IMG/VR virus record: IMGVR_UViG_3300032093_000017
Direction: 5' to 3' (one strand)
Length of the DNA stretch: 64,000 nt
Source of the DNA: a virus
Position 1 is the stretch's first letter. Every line of letters starts with the position of its first letter. Under the pieces are notes generated by a model. It had not been told where the DNA came from. It made no database searches and worked only from the letters and a program-made list of their open reading frames with translations. Below, piece after piece: positions 8,954-18,915 of the stretch. A program made the position numbers and the translations under genes.

Positions 8954-11350
8954 ATGGCGTTAAATTTAGTATCACCTGGCGTCAAAATTAGAGAAGTTGA
9001 CTTAACTGTTGGTGGAATTACAGCTGGGTCAAATCAGGTGGGTGCTATTGCCGGACCTTTCCAAAAAGGTCCTGTCAATCAACCTATTTTAATTGAAACT
9101 GAAAATGATTTACTTAATGTTTTTGGAAAACCGATTTCTTCAGATTCTCAATATGAATATTGGTTGAGTGCATCATCTTTTCTTTCTTATGGTGGAATTC
9201 TAAGAGTTGTAAGATGTGATGGTGACAATTTAAAAACAGCAAATGCTGGGGTTTCATCAGCATCAGCAAATTTAAAAATTGAATCATTAGAAGATTATGA
9301 TACTAACCATACTTCGGACACTCATTGGTATTGGGCATCAAGAAATCCAGGTTCTTGGGCAAACAAATTAAAAGTCTGTATCGTTGATAATCTTGCTGAC
9401 CAAAGGATTTCAATTGCTACTACTGGTCTTGCTGTTGGTTGTGGAGTTAGTGCATCATACACAAGAACTTCTGCTGGTATAGGAACTACTTCATCGGAAA
9501 CTGGAGTTTTAAAAGGAATTATCACACAAGTTAATGTTGGTTCAATAGACGTAAAAATTCTCAGCAAAAATGTTGGTGGAGTTGATAGTGAAGTTTCTTA
9601 TCAACAAGGTGGTACATACGAATTTAAGTCTTCAGATTCCATAGGAATTAATAGTGCAGGAACTCTCGTTAGAGTCAATTCATCAACAGTTACTAATATT
9701 TCTGCTGTAGTTGCAACTGCTTCATCCATTGTTCTTCCTGGTCCTAGTGTTACTGGTTCAACACCATTTGCAAGTGCTGGTTATTCAGTTGGACAAGTTG
9801 TAAGAACAGTTGCAGATAATGGAGTGCAAGTTCCACCTACTGCAATTGTTGGTTTTGGAACCACTAATGTTAATGGTTTGCAACAAGATACTTTACTTTT
9901 AGCAAGTAATTCTCCAGCTTCCAGTGGAACAACAACAATTGGTGTATTTAATGCAACCACAACTATATCTGCCCCTTCAGATTGGTATGATCAACAAACT
10001 CTTGGATTGACAAATTCAACTGTTTATTGGAAAAATATTGCACCAAGACCAGGAACATCTCAATATGCAGCAGAACGAAGTGCAAAAAATGACGAAATCA
10101 ATATTGTTGTTGTAGATGATACTGGAGCAGTCACTAGTTCAGTTGGAAATATTTTAGAAAAATACCAAAGAGTTTCTAAAGCATCTGATGGTAAAATTTC
10201 TCCAAATCAAGCAATTTATTATAAAGATATCATTAGAGAACAATCTCAATATATTTTTGCAGGCATTGCATCAACTGGTGTTAAAACTAAATTCTCTACT
10301 TTATCTGGATATTCTGCAGCAACTGACACTACTTGGGGATTAGAGGCACAAGGAAATACATTCAATTGTGTTGGAGCAAAAACTTACGAATTATCTGGTG
10401 GAGCAGATTATTCCGGTGTAACTAATAATGTTGGTGGTTATTCTGCAAGTTTATCAAATGTAATTACTGCTTATAGAAAATTTACAAATCCAGCAGAATA
10501 CTCTATTGATTATTTAATTAGTGGTCCTTCAGGTGGAGCAACAATTTATGATTCACAAGCAAAGGCAAATGAGTTAATTGCAATTGCAGATTTACGTAAA
10601 GATTGTATTGCAGTTATTTCTCCACATAGAAGTGGAGTGGTTAATGTTTCAAACTCAGAAACTCAAACTAATAATATAATTGAATTTTTTGGTCCATTGA
10701 CATCATCTTCTTATGCTGTATTTGATGGTGGTTACAAATACACTTATGATAGATTCAACGGCACATTTAGATACATCCCTTGTAATGCTGATATTGCTGG
10801 ATTGATGGCAAGAACTTCTAATAATTCTTTCCCTTGGTATTCACCTGCAGGATCAAGCAGAGGAACAATTAATAATGCAACTAAACTTGCATATAATCCA
10901 TCACAAGAACAAAGAGATAGACTATACACAACAAGAATCAATCCAATTATATTCTCCCAAGGTGCTGGAATTATTCTTTTTGGAGATAAAACTGCTTTAT
11001 CTTATGCTTCTGCGTTTGATAGAATTAACGTTCGTCGTCTATTCTTAACCATTGAAAGGGCAATTGAAAGAGCAGCAAGAGCACAACTCTTTGAATTCAA
11101 TGATTTGATTACTAGATCAAACTTTGTTAATATTGTTGAACCATATCTTCGTGACGTAAAAGCAAAAAGAGGTGTTTCTGATTATGTTGTAATTTGCGAT
11201 GAAACTAACAATACTCCAGACATTATTGACTCCAATCAGTTTAAAGCTGACATTTATGTCAAACCAGCAAGAAGTATTAACTTCATTGGACTGACTTTTG
11301 TTGCTACTCGCACTGGAGTTAGTTTTGAAGAAGTTATCGGTACTGTTTAA
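8954..11350 (+). CDS. g18: tail sheath protein gp18
   Basis: LVSPGVKIREVDLT, PWYSPAG..RG, FDRINVRRLF, IYVKPARSINFI. Confidence 0.98.
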   Translation: MALNLVSPGVKIREVDLTVGGITAGSNQVGAIAGPFQKGPVNQPILIETENDLLNVFGKPISSDSQYEYWLSASSFLSYGGILRVVRCDGDNLKTANAGVSSASANLKIESLEDYDTNHTSDTHWYWASRNPGSWANKLKVCIVDNLADQRISIATTGLAVGCGVSASYTRTSAGIGTTSSETGVLKGIITQVNVGSIDVKILSKNVGGVDSEVSYQQGGTYEFKSSDSIGINSAGTLVRVNSSTVTNISAVVATASSIVLPGPSVTGSTPFASAGYSVGQVVRTVADNGVQVPPTAIVGFGTTNVNGLQQDTLLLASNSPASSGTTTIGVFNATTTISAPSDWYDQQTLGLTNSTVYWKNIAPRPGTSQYAAERSAKNDEINIVVVDDTGAVTSSVGNILEKYQRVSKASDGKISPNQAIYYKDIIREQSQYIFAGIASTGVKTKFSTLSGYSAATDTTWGLEAQGNTFNCVGAKTYELSGGADYSGVTNNVGGYSASLSNVITAYRKFTNPAEYSIDYLISGPSGGATIYDSQAKANELIAIADLRKDCIAVISPHRSGVVNVSNSETQTNNIIEFFGPLTSSSYAVFDGGYKYTYDRFNGTFRYIPCNADIAGLMARTSNNSFPWYSPAGSSRGTINNATKLAYNPSQEQRDRLYTTRINPIIFSQGAGIILFGDKTALSYASAFDRINVRRLFLTIERAIERAARAQLFEFNDLITRSNFVNIVEPYLRDVKAKRGVSDYVVICDETNNTPDIIDSNQFKADIYVKPARSINFIGLTFVATRTGVSFEEVIGTV

Positions 11351-11369
11351 TTAAAAGAGGTAAAAACCA

Positions 11370-12047
11370 ATGGCAAATACAGAAAACCTTCTCCCATCAG
11401 TAAGAACTTTAAATGATTTTAAGAGCAGACTAACTGGAGGCGGAGCAAGACCTAATCTTTTTGAATGTGTAATTAATTTTCCAAGTGCTGCCCTTCCTAG
11501 TAATATTGACGCAAATGCATTACAAGAAAAAACTAGATTTCTTGTAAAGGCAGCAAATTTACCTGCTTCAACTTTGAGTGTAATTGATATTCCATTCAGA
11601 GGAAGAAATTTAAAAATTGCTGGTGACAGAACATTTGATCCTTGGACTATTACAGTAATAAATGACACTGATTTTGTAATCAGAAATGCATTTGAAAGAT
11701 GGATGAATTTTATCAACAAACACGAAGATAATTCTGGACAAATCAATCCAGTTGATTATCAAACAAATATGAAAGTACATCAACTTGGAAGAGCAATAGT
11801 TGGAAAAGATATGTCTAGTAATACAAAAATTCCGTATTTAAAGTCATATGAATTTTATGGGACATTCCCAACTTCAATTAGTGCAATTGATTTGTCTTAT
11901 GATTCAACAGATGTAATTCAAGAATTTACTGTAGATTTACAGGTTCAGTGGTGGGATGCCCTTAACGGAGAAACTCAAGATAGTATTCTTGGATCGGGAG
12001 ATTTGGAAGAATTTAACGAATCTTCTGTAAGCAAAGGGATTTTTTGA
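11370..12047 (+). CDS. g19: tail tube protein gp19
   Basis: GGGARPNLF, IPFRGRNLKIAGDRTFDPWTITV. Confidence 0.97.
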   Translation: MANTENLLPSVRTLNDFKSRLTGGGARPNLFECVINFPSAALPSNIDANALQEKTRFLVKAANLPASTLSVIDIPFRGRNLKIAGDRTFDPWTITVINDTDFVIRNAFERWMNFINKHEDNSGQINPVDYQTNMKVHQLGRAIVGKDMSSNTKIPYLKSYEFYGTFPTSISAIDLSYDSTDVIQEFTVDLQVQWWDALNGETQDSILGSGDLEEFNESSVSKGIF

Positions 12048-12083
12048 ACAGTCTAAATAATAGATATAGACTCAATTATTACT

Positions 12084-13754
12084 ATGGCTAAATTATTTGG
12101 ATTTAAAATAAAGGATACGGGAGACAATAATTCTAAAGGGATTATGTCTCCCATTCCTCGTAATGAGGAAGATAAATCCGATTTTTATATTTCTAGTGGT
12201 TTTTATGGACAATATGTAGATATTGAAGGTGTTTATAAGACTGAAGCAGATTTGATTAGAAGATATCGTGAGATGTCTTTGCATCCAGAATGTGATAGTG
12301 CAATTGAAGATATTGTGAATGAAGCAATAGTTTCCGACCTTAATGATTCTCCTGTAGAAATAGAACTTTCAAATCTTCCAGCATCTGATAAATTAAAAGA
12401 TATTATCAGAGAAGAATTTAAGTATATTAAAGAGATTATGGACTTTGATAAAAAGTGCCACGAAATCTTTAGAAATTGGTATGTTGATGGAAGAATTTAT
12501 TATCATAAAGTGATTGATTTAAAAAAACCAAATGAAGGCATAAAAGAAATTAGATATGTTGATGCCCTTAAAATTAAATATGTAAGGAAATTAAAAAAAG
12601 GGAATAATGATGCTTTTGGTGTTGATTATAGGCAATTTGTAAATGGAAAAAATAAAATTGATTTTTCAACACAAGATCTTGAAGAGTACTATATTTACGA
12701 TCCAAATGTTGGGTCTTCTCAAAATGCAACATATAAGTCATCAGATGTTAATAGTGTAAAAATCGCAAAAGATGCTATTACTTACATAACTTCTGGTTTA
12801 GTTGATCGTAACAAACAAACCGTATTATCATTTTTACATAAAGCAATCAAATCACTCAATCAATTAAGAATGATTGAAGATAGTCTTGTAATTTATAGAC
12901 TATCTCGTGCTCCAGAAAGAAGAATTTTTTATATTGATGTTGGCAATCTTCCAAAAATCAAGGCAGAGCAATATCTCCGTGATGTGATGAATCGTTATCG
13001 TAACAAGTTAGTATACAATGCAGACACTGGTGAAATTAAAGATGACCGAAAATATATGGCAATGCTTGAAGATTTTTGGCTTCCAAGAAGAGAAGGTGGC
13101 AGAGGAACTGAAATCACAACTCTTCCTGGTGGTCAGAATCTTGGAGAACTTGCTGATATTGAATATTTCCAGAAAAAACTTTATGATTCTTTAGGTGTTC
13201 CCCCAACTCGTCTTGATGCTGGTGGAGGATTTAATCTTGGACGTTCATCAGAAATTCTTAGAGATGAATTAAAATTCACAAGATTTGTCGGAAGACTGAG
13301 AAAAAGATTTTCTCAAATCTTTATTGATATGTTGAAAACTCAGTTAATTCTTAAGAATATTGTAACACCAGAAGATTGGAAAACCTTAAGTGATCACATT
13401 CAATTTGACTATGTTTATGATAATCATTTTTCAGATTTGAAGAAAAATGAATTAATGAACGATAAGTTGGGTGTTGTTGCAGCAATGGAACCATATGTTG
13501 GTCGTTATTTTTCATCACAGTATGTAAGGTCAAAGATACTTGGTCAAACTGATAGTGAAATTTTAGAAATTGACAAGCAAATTAAAAAAGAAATTAAAGA
13601 TGGAATTATTCCTGACCCATCTTTAGCAATGAATCCTATGATGGGTATGCCTCCTGGACAACCATCTTCAAATAATTTTGGTAATATTCCACAAGAAGGT
13701 GGACTCACTGATGCCCAAACAGGAGTTGAATTGGGTAGTCAGGGAGAGATATAA
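12084..13754 (+). CDS. g20: portal protein gp20
   Basis: RMIEDSLVIYRLSRAPERRIFYIDVGNLPK, EDFWLPRREGGRGTEITTLPGG. Confidence 0.99.
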   Translation: MAKLFGFKIKDTGDNNSKGIMSPIPRNEEDKSDFYISSGFYGQYVDIEGVYKTEADLIRRYREMSLHPECDSAIEDIVNEAIVSDLNDSPVEIELSNLPASDKLKDIIREEFKYIKEIMDFDKKCHEIFRNWYVDGRIYYHKVIDLKKPNEGIKEIRYVDALKIKYVRKLKKGNNDAFGVDYRQFVNGKNKIDFSTQDLEEYYIYDPNVGSSQNATYKSSDVNSVKIAKDAITYITSGLVDRNKQTVLSFLHKAIKSLNQLRMIEDSLVIYRLSRAPERRIFYIDVGNLPKIKAEQYLRDVMNRYRNKLVYNADTGEIKDDRKYMAMLEDFWLPRREGGRGTEITTLPGGQNLGELADIEYFQKKLYDSLGVPPTRLDAGGGFNLGRSSEILRDELKFTRFVGRLRKRFSQIFIDMLKTQLILKNIVTPEDWKTLSDHIQFDYVYDNHFSDLKKNELMNDKLGVVAAMEPYVGRYFSSQYVRSKILGQTDSEILEIDKQIKKEIKDGIIPDPSLAMNPMMGMPPGQPSSNNFGNIPQEGGLTDAQTGVELGSQGEI

Positions 13755-13780
13755 ATAAAAATAGTTAATTTTGCATAGTT

Positions 13781-13936
13781 ATGGAAGAATTAGTAGATAT
13801 GATTGCTGGTGAATCATCACCATCAGATGTTTCTGATAAGATTAAAGAAATTCTTTTCTCAAAAGCTTCAGAAAAAATCAATTCGGTAAGACCAGAAGTT
13901 ACCGCAACAATGTTTAATTTAGAAGATGAGGAGTAA
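13781..13936 (+). CDS. small acidic protein after g20 (prohead-core/gp67 position); not in ORF track
   Basis: 51 aa MEELVDMIAGESSPSDVSDKIKEILFSKASEKINSVRPEVTATMFNLEDEE; late promoter TATAAATA at 13750. Confidence 0.7.
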   Translation: MEELVDMIAGESSPSDVSDKIKEILFSKASEKINSVRPEVTATMFNLEDEE

Positions 13937-13942
13937 TAATAA

Positions 13943-14938
13943 GTGAATTTTGAAGATAATTCAAAAGATTTATCTGATTTTTTTAATACTATTAGTTCGG
14001 GAAAACAAAAAAGAAAAAAAGAATTGCAAGAGACTGTAGGAGACTCTGTAAATGATTTTTTTCAAACCATTAGTATTGGCAAAAAAATAGAAAAAGAAAA
14101 AAAGGAGTCTTTAGTTGGGGACTCCTTTGAAACTCTTTTTTTGTCAAAACTTGAAGAAAGTAAAAAAGAAATAAAAAAGAAAAAAATACAAGAACAAAAG
14201 ACTGTAAAGGCATTTGAGGATTGGTTATATTCTGAGACACCAAAACAACAAGAACAAGTAATTGAAGATGTAATTGAAGAATCTTTGGATGAAGTTCTTG
14301 AAGTTTTGGAAGAATATAAAGAAGAACTTGAAAAACCCAAAGAAGACCTGATTGAAAAATCATTAGGTCTTCTTGCTGAACCAAGTGATGTTAAAGTTCA
14401 ACAAGACCCATTAACTCCATTAGACCAAAAGTTCGCAACACTTGACGATTTACAGAAACATTACAAACTGTTTCTTTCTCGTATTCAACAACAACTATCA
14501 ACAGTTGGTGGAGGTGGCGAAACCAGATTAAGATACTTGGATGATATTGTAGGCATCGCAACTAATTCTGGTGCTTATAATAATAAATTTTTACAATGGA
14601 ATTCCACAACAAATCAAGCAGAGTTTGTTGATCCAAATGATGTTGGTGGCACAACAATTGTAAATATCTCTGGTATTACCACTTACTATCAGGCATCGAA
14701 TGTTGATGATTATATTGGTGTAAGTGCAAATGTTCCAGTAACAATTGTATTGCCACAAATTCCTTCTTATGGAAAAAAACTCATCATAAAAGACGAGGGT
14801 AATAAGATTGCTACATACAATATAACAGTCCAGGCAGGTGCTGGAACAAGTGTAGAGAATGATAGTTCAGTTATTATGACTATCAATCATCAAAGTTTTA
14901 CTTATTTTTACAATGGTTCAAATTGGTTTCTAATTTAA
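13943..14938 (+). CDS. hypothetical structural protein (charged N-terminus, GGGGE motif, fibre-like C-terminus)
   Basis: GGGGETRLRYLDD motif and C-terminal TIVLP...IIKDE...YNGSNW domain typical of phage fibre/appendage proteins. Confidence 0.6.
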   Translation: MNFEDNSKDLSDFFNTISSGKQKRKKELQETVGDSVNDFFQTISIGKKIEKEKKESLVGDSFETLFLSKLEESKKEIKKKKIQEQKTVKAFEDWLYSETPKQQEQVIEDVIEESLDEVLEVLEEYKEELEKPKEDLIEKSLGLLAEPSDVKVQQDPLTPLDQKFATLDDLQKHYKLFLSRIQQQLSTVGGGGETRLRYLDDIVGIATNSGAYNNKFLQWNSTTNQAEFVDPNDVGGTTIVNISGITTYYQASNVDDYIGVSANVPVTIVLPQIPSYGKKLIIKDEGNKIATYNITVQAGAGTSVENDSSVIMTINHQSFTYFYNGSNWFLI

Positions 14939-14939
14939 T

Positions 14940-16316
14940 ATGTCACATAATCCTCTTCCACAACCAGCAGATGTAGTAGTCATTAGTGCTGGTTCATCAG
15001 TAACAGAAGTTAATAGATTTCCAGTAGGTATTGGAACAACTGGGCAAGTATCAATCAATCTCAACAATTCACCAGTCAGCACAGCAAATCCATTTCCAGT
15101 TACTCTACCACCAATAGCAACTGACGCATTTGGTAGACAAAGAATATCATCACCACTTACACTTTTTGATAGTTCGCACAGATATAGAGATAATAATCTT
15201 TGGAGTGGTTTAGTTGTTGGTACTGGTTCAACAGTTGGATTTGTAACAGCACAAGGTTTAGTAAATTTAACTGTTGGTGTTGGAAGCACTGCATCAATCA
15301 TCAGAGAAACTACAAAAGTATTTTCGTATCAACCAGGAAAATCATTACAAACATTAAATACATTTGTATTCAACCCAGCAAAAGCAAATCTTCGTCAAAG
15401 AGTAGGATACTTTGGTGCAGATAATGGAATGTATTTGGAACTTGATGAAACTAATTTATATTTTGTAGAAAGAACATATGTTCCAGGAATTACAACAGAA
15501 ACAAGAGTAGCACAAGCAGACTGGAATATTGATACGATGCTTGGTGCTGGACATCTCAATCCATCTGGTGTCACATTAGATATTTCCAAAGCACAGATTA
15601 TGTGGATGGATATTGAGTGGTTGGGACTTGGAACCGTAAGATTAGGATTTGTAGTTAATGGTAAGTTTATCCATTGCCATTCATTCCATCACGCAAATAT
15701 TATCAATACAACTTATATCACAACAGCATCACTACCATTAAGATATGAAATTGCAAATACAGGAATTACAACCAGTGCAAGCACACTTAAACAAGTTTGT
15801 TCTTCGGTAATTTCAGAAGGTGGTTATGAACTTCGTGGATTGCAACAAGCAGTTGGAACACCTGTTCAAACACCAGTCGATTTAACAACGGCAGGAACTT
15901 ATTATACAGTTATATCAATTCGCCTTAAAGCAACACCAAATAGATTGGATGCAATTGTAATTCTAACTGCACTTTCAATTCTTGGTATTACAAATAATGC
16001 AACTTATAACTGGCAAGTAAGAGCATCTGGAACATCTGTTGGTGGAACTTGGAATGATGCTGGTCTTGATAGTTCTGTTGAATATAAAATTGATGGTGGA
16101 ACTTATACTGGTGGAAGAATATTAGCATCTGGATATTTGTACGGGTCTAATCAAGGTTCAACACCGGTTGATATTCTTAAAGAGGCATTATTCAAGTTTC
16201 AGTTAGAAAGAGATGCATTAAATGGGACACCTTATGAACTTTCTCTCGTTGCTTCTTCCGATGCTAATGGTGCAGATATTCACGGGTCTATGGACTGGGA
16301 AGAAATTAGTAGGTAA
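14940..16316 (+). CDS. virion structural protein, lectin-like beta-sandwich
   Basis: DAFGRQRISSPLTLFDS, YQPGKS, WLGLGTVRLGF motifs. Confidence 0.65.
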   Translation: MSHNPLPQPADVVVISAGSSVTEVNRFPVGIGTTGQVSINLNNSPVSTANPFPVTLPPIATDAFGRQRISSPLTLFDSSHRYRDNNLWSGLVVGTGSTVGFVTAQGLVNLTVGVGSTASIIRETTKVFSYQPGKSLQTLNTFVFNPAKANLRQRVGYFGADNGMYLELDETNLYFVERTYVPGITTETRVAQADWNIDTMLGAGHLNPSGVTLDISKAQIMWMDIEWLGLGTVRLGFVVNGKFIHCHSFHHANIINTTYITTASLPLRYEIANTGITTSASTLKQVCSSVISEGGYELRGLQQAVGTPVQTPVDLTTAGTYYTVISIRLKATPNRLDAIVILTALSILGITNNATYNWQVRASGTSVGGTWNDAGLDSSVEYKIDGGTYTGGRILASGYLYGSNQGSTPVDILKEALFKFQLERDALNGTPYELSLVASSDANGADIHGSMDWEEISR

Positions 16317-16358
16317 TACTAGATATTGATAAATAACTAATATAGTCCAATTATTACA

Positions 16359-16910
16359 ATGTCCGTATATAAGATTGTACAAAAAATTACGCCATTGACG
16401 ATGACTGGTGCAGCAGTAACCAGTAATCCAATTGCTTTGAGGTCTGGTTTTTTGAGAATTGTTCCAGAACAAGATGCTTATGTTGAGGTTGCTCCAACCC
16501 CAACAATTAGTACTTCTACGAGTGCTAGTATTTTTGTGAAGGCTGGAACTGAACTTGTTTTAAAAGATACCGCAGTCACTCAAACTATTGTTGGTGTAAC
16601 TACTGGAACTACCACTGTTGTGACTTTACCAGAAGGTACTTTCTCTGATTTTTCTGCTGGTGATATTGTTGAACTTACTGGTATTGTTCCCGCAGGAATT
16701 AACACAACAGCAGCAACTGTTGCATCAGTTGATGCAACGAATGATGCTGGAACAGGTGGATTTAATAGAGTAATTACTCTTACTTGGAATACTTCAAGTC
16801 AAGGACCAGTAACTACTTCCACTGGTGTTTTGAGAAGAGTAACAAAAGTTGCTGCTTATGGTGCAAGTGGAAAACTTCACATCACAGAAATTCAAATCGC
16901 AGGTGGTTAA
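16359..16910 (+). CDS. hypothetical structural protein upstream of g21
   Basis: 183 aa Thr-rich ORF with late promoter ATAAATA at 16329. Confidence 0.65.
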   Translation: MSVYKIVQKITPLTMTGAAVTSNPIALRSGFLRIVPEQDAYVEVAPTPTISTSTSASIFVKAGTELVLKDTAVTQTIVGVTTGTTTVVTLPEGTFSDFSAGDIVELTGIVPAGINTTAATVASVDATNDAGTGGFNRVITLTWNTSSQGPVTTSTGVLRRVTKVAAYGASGKLHITEIQIAGG

Positions 16911-16914
16911 TCCA

Positions 16915-17565
16915 ATGAAACTTATCACAGAAGAAATAGAAAAGGTAAAAGTAATTACCGAAGAAAAAAATGGAGTTAAATCCCTTTTTATTGAAGGTGT
17001 TTTTCTTCAGGCAAATAGACCAAATAGAAATAAAAGACTCTATGAAATGAGAACTCTTGAAAGAGAAGTCAAAAGATATAATGAAAATTTTATTGCTAAA
17101 GGTCGTGCTCTTGGTGAATTGGGACATCCAGATGGACCAACTTTAAATCTTGATAGAGTATCCCATAAAATTACTATGCTTGAAAGAAAAGATGATAATT
17201 TTATAGGAAAAGCAAAAATTCTTGATACCCCAATGGGAAAAATTGCTTCTTCACTTTTAGGTGAAGGTGTGATGCTTGGTGTTTCTTCTCGTGGTGTTGG
17301 CTCATTGATTCCAACTAATGAAGGTTATTCTTTAGTTGGTGAAGATTTTATGCTTGCAACTGCTGCTGATATTGTTGCAGACCCTTCTGCTCCTGATGCT
17401 TTTGTGAATGGAATTATGGAAGGAAGAGAATGGATATATGATTCCAATAAAAAAACTTGGATTGCGGAATCAATTAAAAATATTATTGAAAAGGATGTAA
17501 AACAAAGAAAATTAACTGAACAGAGAAAATTACAGCATTTTGAAAAGTTTTTGGATATGCTTTGA
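16915..17565 (+). CDS. g21: prohead protease gp21
   Basis: MKLITEE start, RALGELGHP, VSSRGVGS, DIVADPSAPDAFV. Confidence 0.97.
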   Translation: MKLITEEIEKVKVITEEKNGVKSLFIEGVFLQANRPNRNKRLYEMRTLEREVKRYNENFIAKGRALGELGHPDGPTLNLDRVSHKITMLERKDDNFIGKAKILDTPMGKIASSLLGEGVMLGVSSRGVGSLIPTNEGYSLVGEDFMLATAADIVADPSAPDAFVNGIMEGREWIYDSNKKTWIAESIKNIIEKDVKQRKLTEQRKLQHFEKFLDML

Positions 17566-17635
17566 TTTTATACATTAAAATTATAAATTATAAATAAATA
17601 TAGATTTAAGAAACTAGTTAAATCGGAGAGTTCAA

Positions 17636-18865
17636 ATGTCCCGTGGTAGAAACTTACAAGAAATGGAATCAGACACAAAACAATCTAAAACTGCTGTAAA
17701 TGCCGGTGCAAAGGCAGCAGAACCAATGCAAAAGTTAACCACAGGAATTCCTGATGGTCAAACAGGCAGTTGGGAAGACCTTGGTGGTCCTACTCCAGAA
17801 AATTATCGTTCAGATGATGACTCTGCAAAATTAAAAGACCCTTCAACAACTCTTAAGCAAGTTAAGGATATTGTAAATAAGGGTGCAAAAGCAGCAGAAG
17901 CAATGAAAAAAATGGCTTCTCCAGTCAAAGAATCTTCAGAAGAAGATGAAGATGAAGAACTCGTAGAAGGTGAATATGAAGAAGATGATGATGAAGTAGT
18001 TTCAGAAGCTAAGCATAAGTCCGAAAAGGACGAAGAAGATGAAGAAGATGAAGATGAATACGAAGAAGGTGATGAAGAGGACGAAGAAGATGAGGATGAA
18101 AAAAAGGAAAAGGCAATGAAAGAGGCATTTGCCCAAATTGAAGAAGAAATTGAGGAAGATGTTTCTGCTCTTCTTTCTGGAGAAGAACTTTCCGAAGATT
18201 TTAGAGTAAAAGCAAAAACTGTTTTTGAAGCAGCATTGAATGCTAGAACAAAGCAAATTGAAGAAGCAGTTGTTTTACATTATGAAGAGCAACTTACTGA
18301 AGAAATTATTGCCATTAAGGAAGAACTCACCGAAAGACTTGATTCTTACCTTGAGTATGTTGCTGACGAGTGGATTCAGGAAAATGCTCTTGCAATTGAG
18401 CAAGGCATTAAGACTGAAATGACTGAGAGCTTCCTCTCAGGAATGAAGAGTCTTTTTGAAGAACATTATGTAACAATCCCTGAAGAAAAATATGATGTTA
18501 TTGAAAGTATGGTAGATAAACTTGATGAAATGGAGACAAAACTCAACGAGCAAATTGAAAGAAATGTTGCTCTAAATAAGAGATTAGCCGAATCAGTTAC
18601 CGATGTAATCTTTGCCGAAGTTACTGATGGTCTTGCTCTTTCCCAGAAAGACAAACTCGCTTCTCTTGCCGAAAATGTTGAGTTTGATAGTGAATCAGAC
18701 TATCGTGAGAAACTAGTAACTCTAAGGGAATCTTATTTCCCAAGATATACTGGTGCTCAAATAGACAACTCAGATTATATCTCAGAAGGTATGGAGTATC
18801 GTCAAGAAGTTTCAGGGTCAATGGCCTACTATCTTGATGCACTTGGAAGAGTTTCTAAAAAGTGA
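17636..18865 (+). CDS. g22: prohead core scaffold gp22
   Basis: KAKTVFEAA, DSYLEYVADEW, FLSGMKSLFEEHY; long acidic tract; late promoter at 17589. Confidence 0.95.
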   Translation: MSRGRNLQEMESDTKQSKTAVNAGAKAAEPMQKLTTGIPDGQTGSWEDLGGPTPENYRSDDDSAKLKDPSTTLKQVKDIVNKGAKAAEAMKKMASPVKESSEEDEDEELVEGEYEEDDDEVVSEAKHKSEKDEEDEEDEDEYEEGDEEDEEDEDEKKEKAMKEAFAQIEEEIEEDVSALLSGEELSEDFRVKAKTVFEAALNARTKQIEEAVVLHYEEQLTEEIIAIKEELTERLDSYLEYVADEWIQENALAIEQGIKTEMTESFLSGMKSLFEEHYVTIPEEKYDVIESMVDKLDEMETKLNEQIERNVALNKRLAESVTDVIFAEVTDGLALSQKDKLASLAENVEFDSESDYREKLVTLRESYFPRYTGAQIDNSDYISEGMEYRQEVSGSMAYYLDALGRVSKK

Positions 18866-18915
18866 TTTTTACATTATAAACGATCAAACTAAAACTTTTT
18901 AAAGAGGTAAAAAAA

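Noticed and set aside
17935-18160. GAA/GAT-rich repeat tract
   Set aside because: Encodes the acidic linker of scaffold gp22; not a DNA repeat element or CRISPR array
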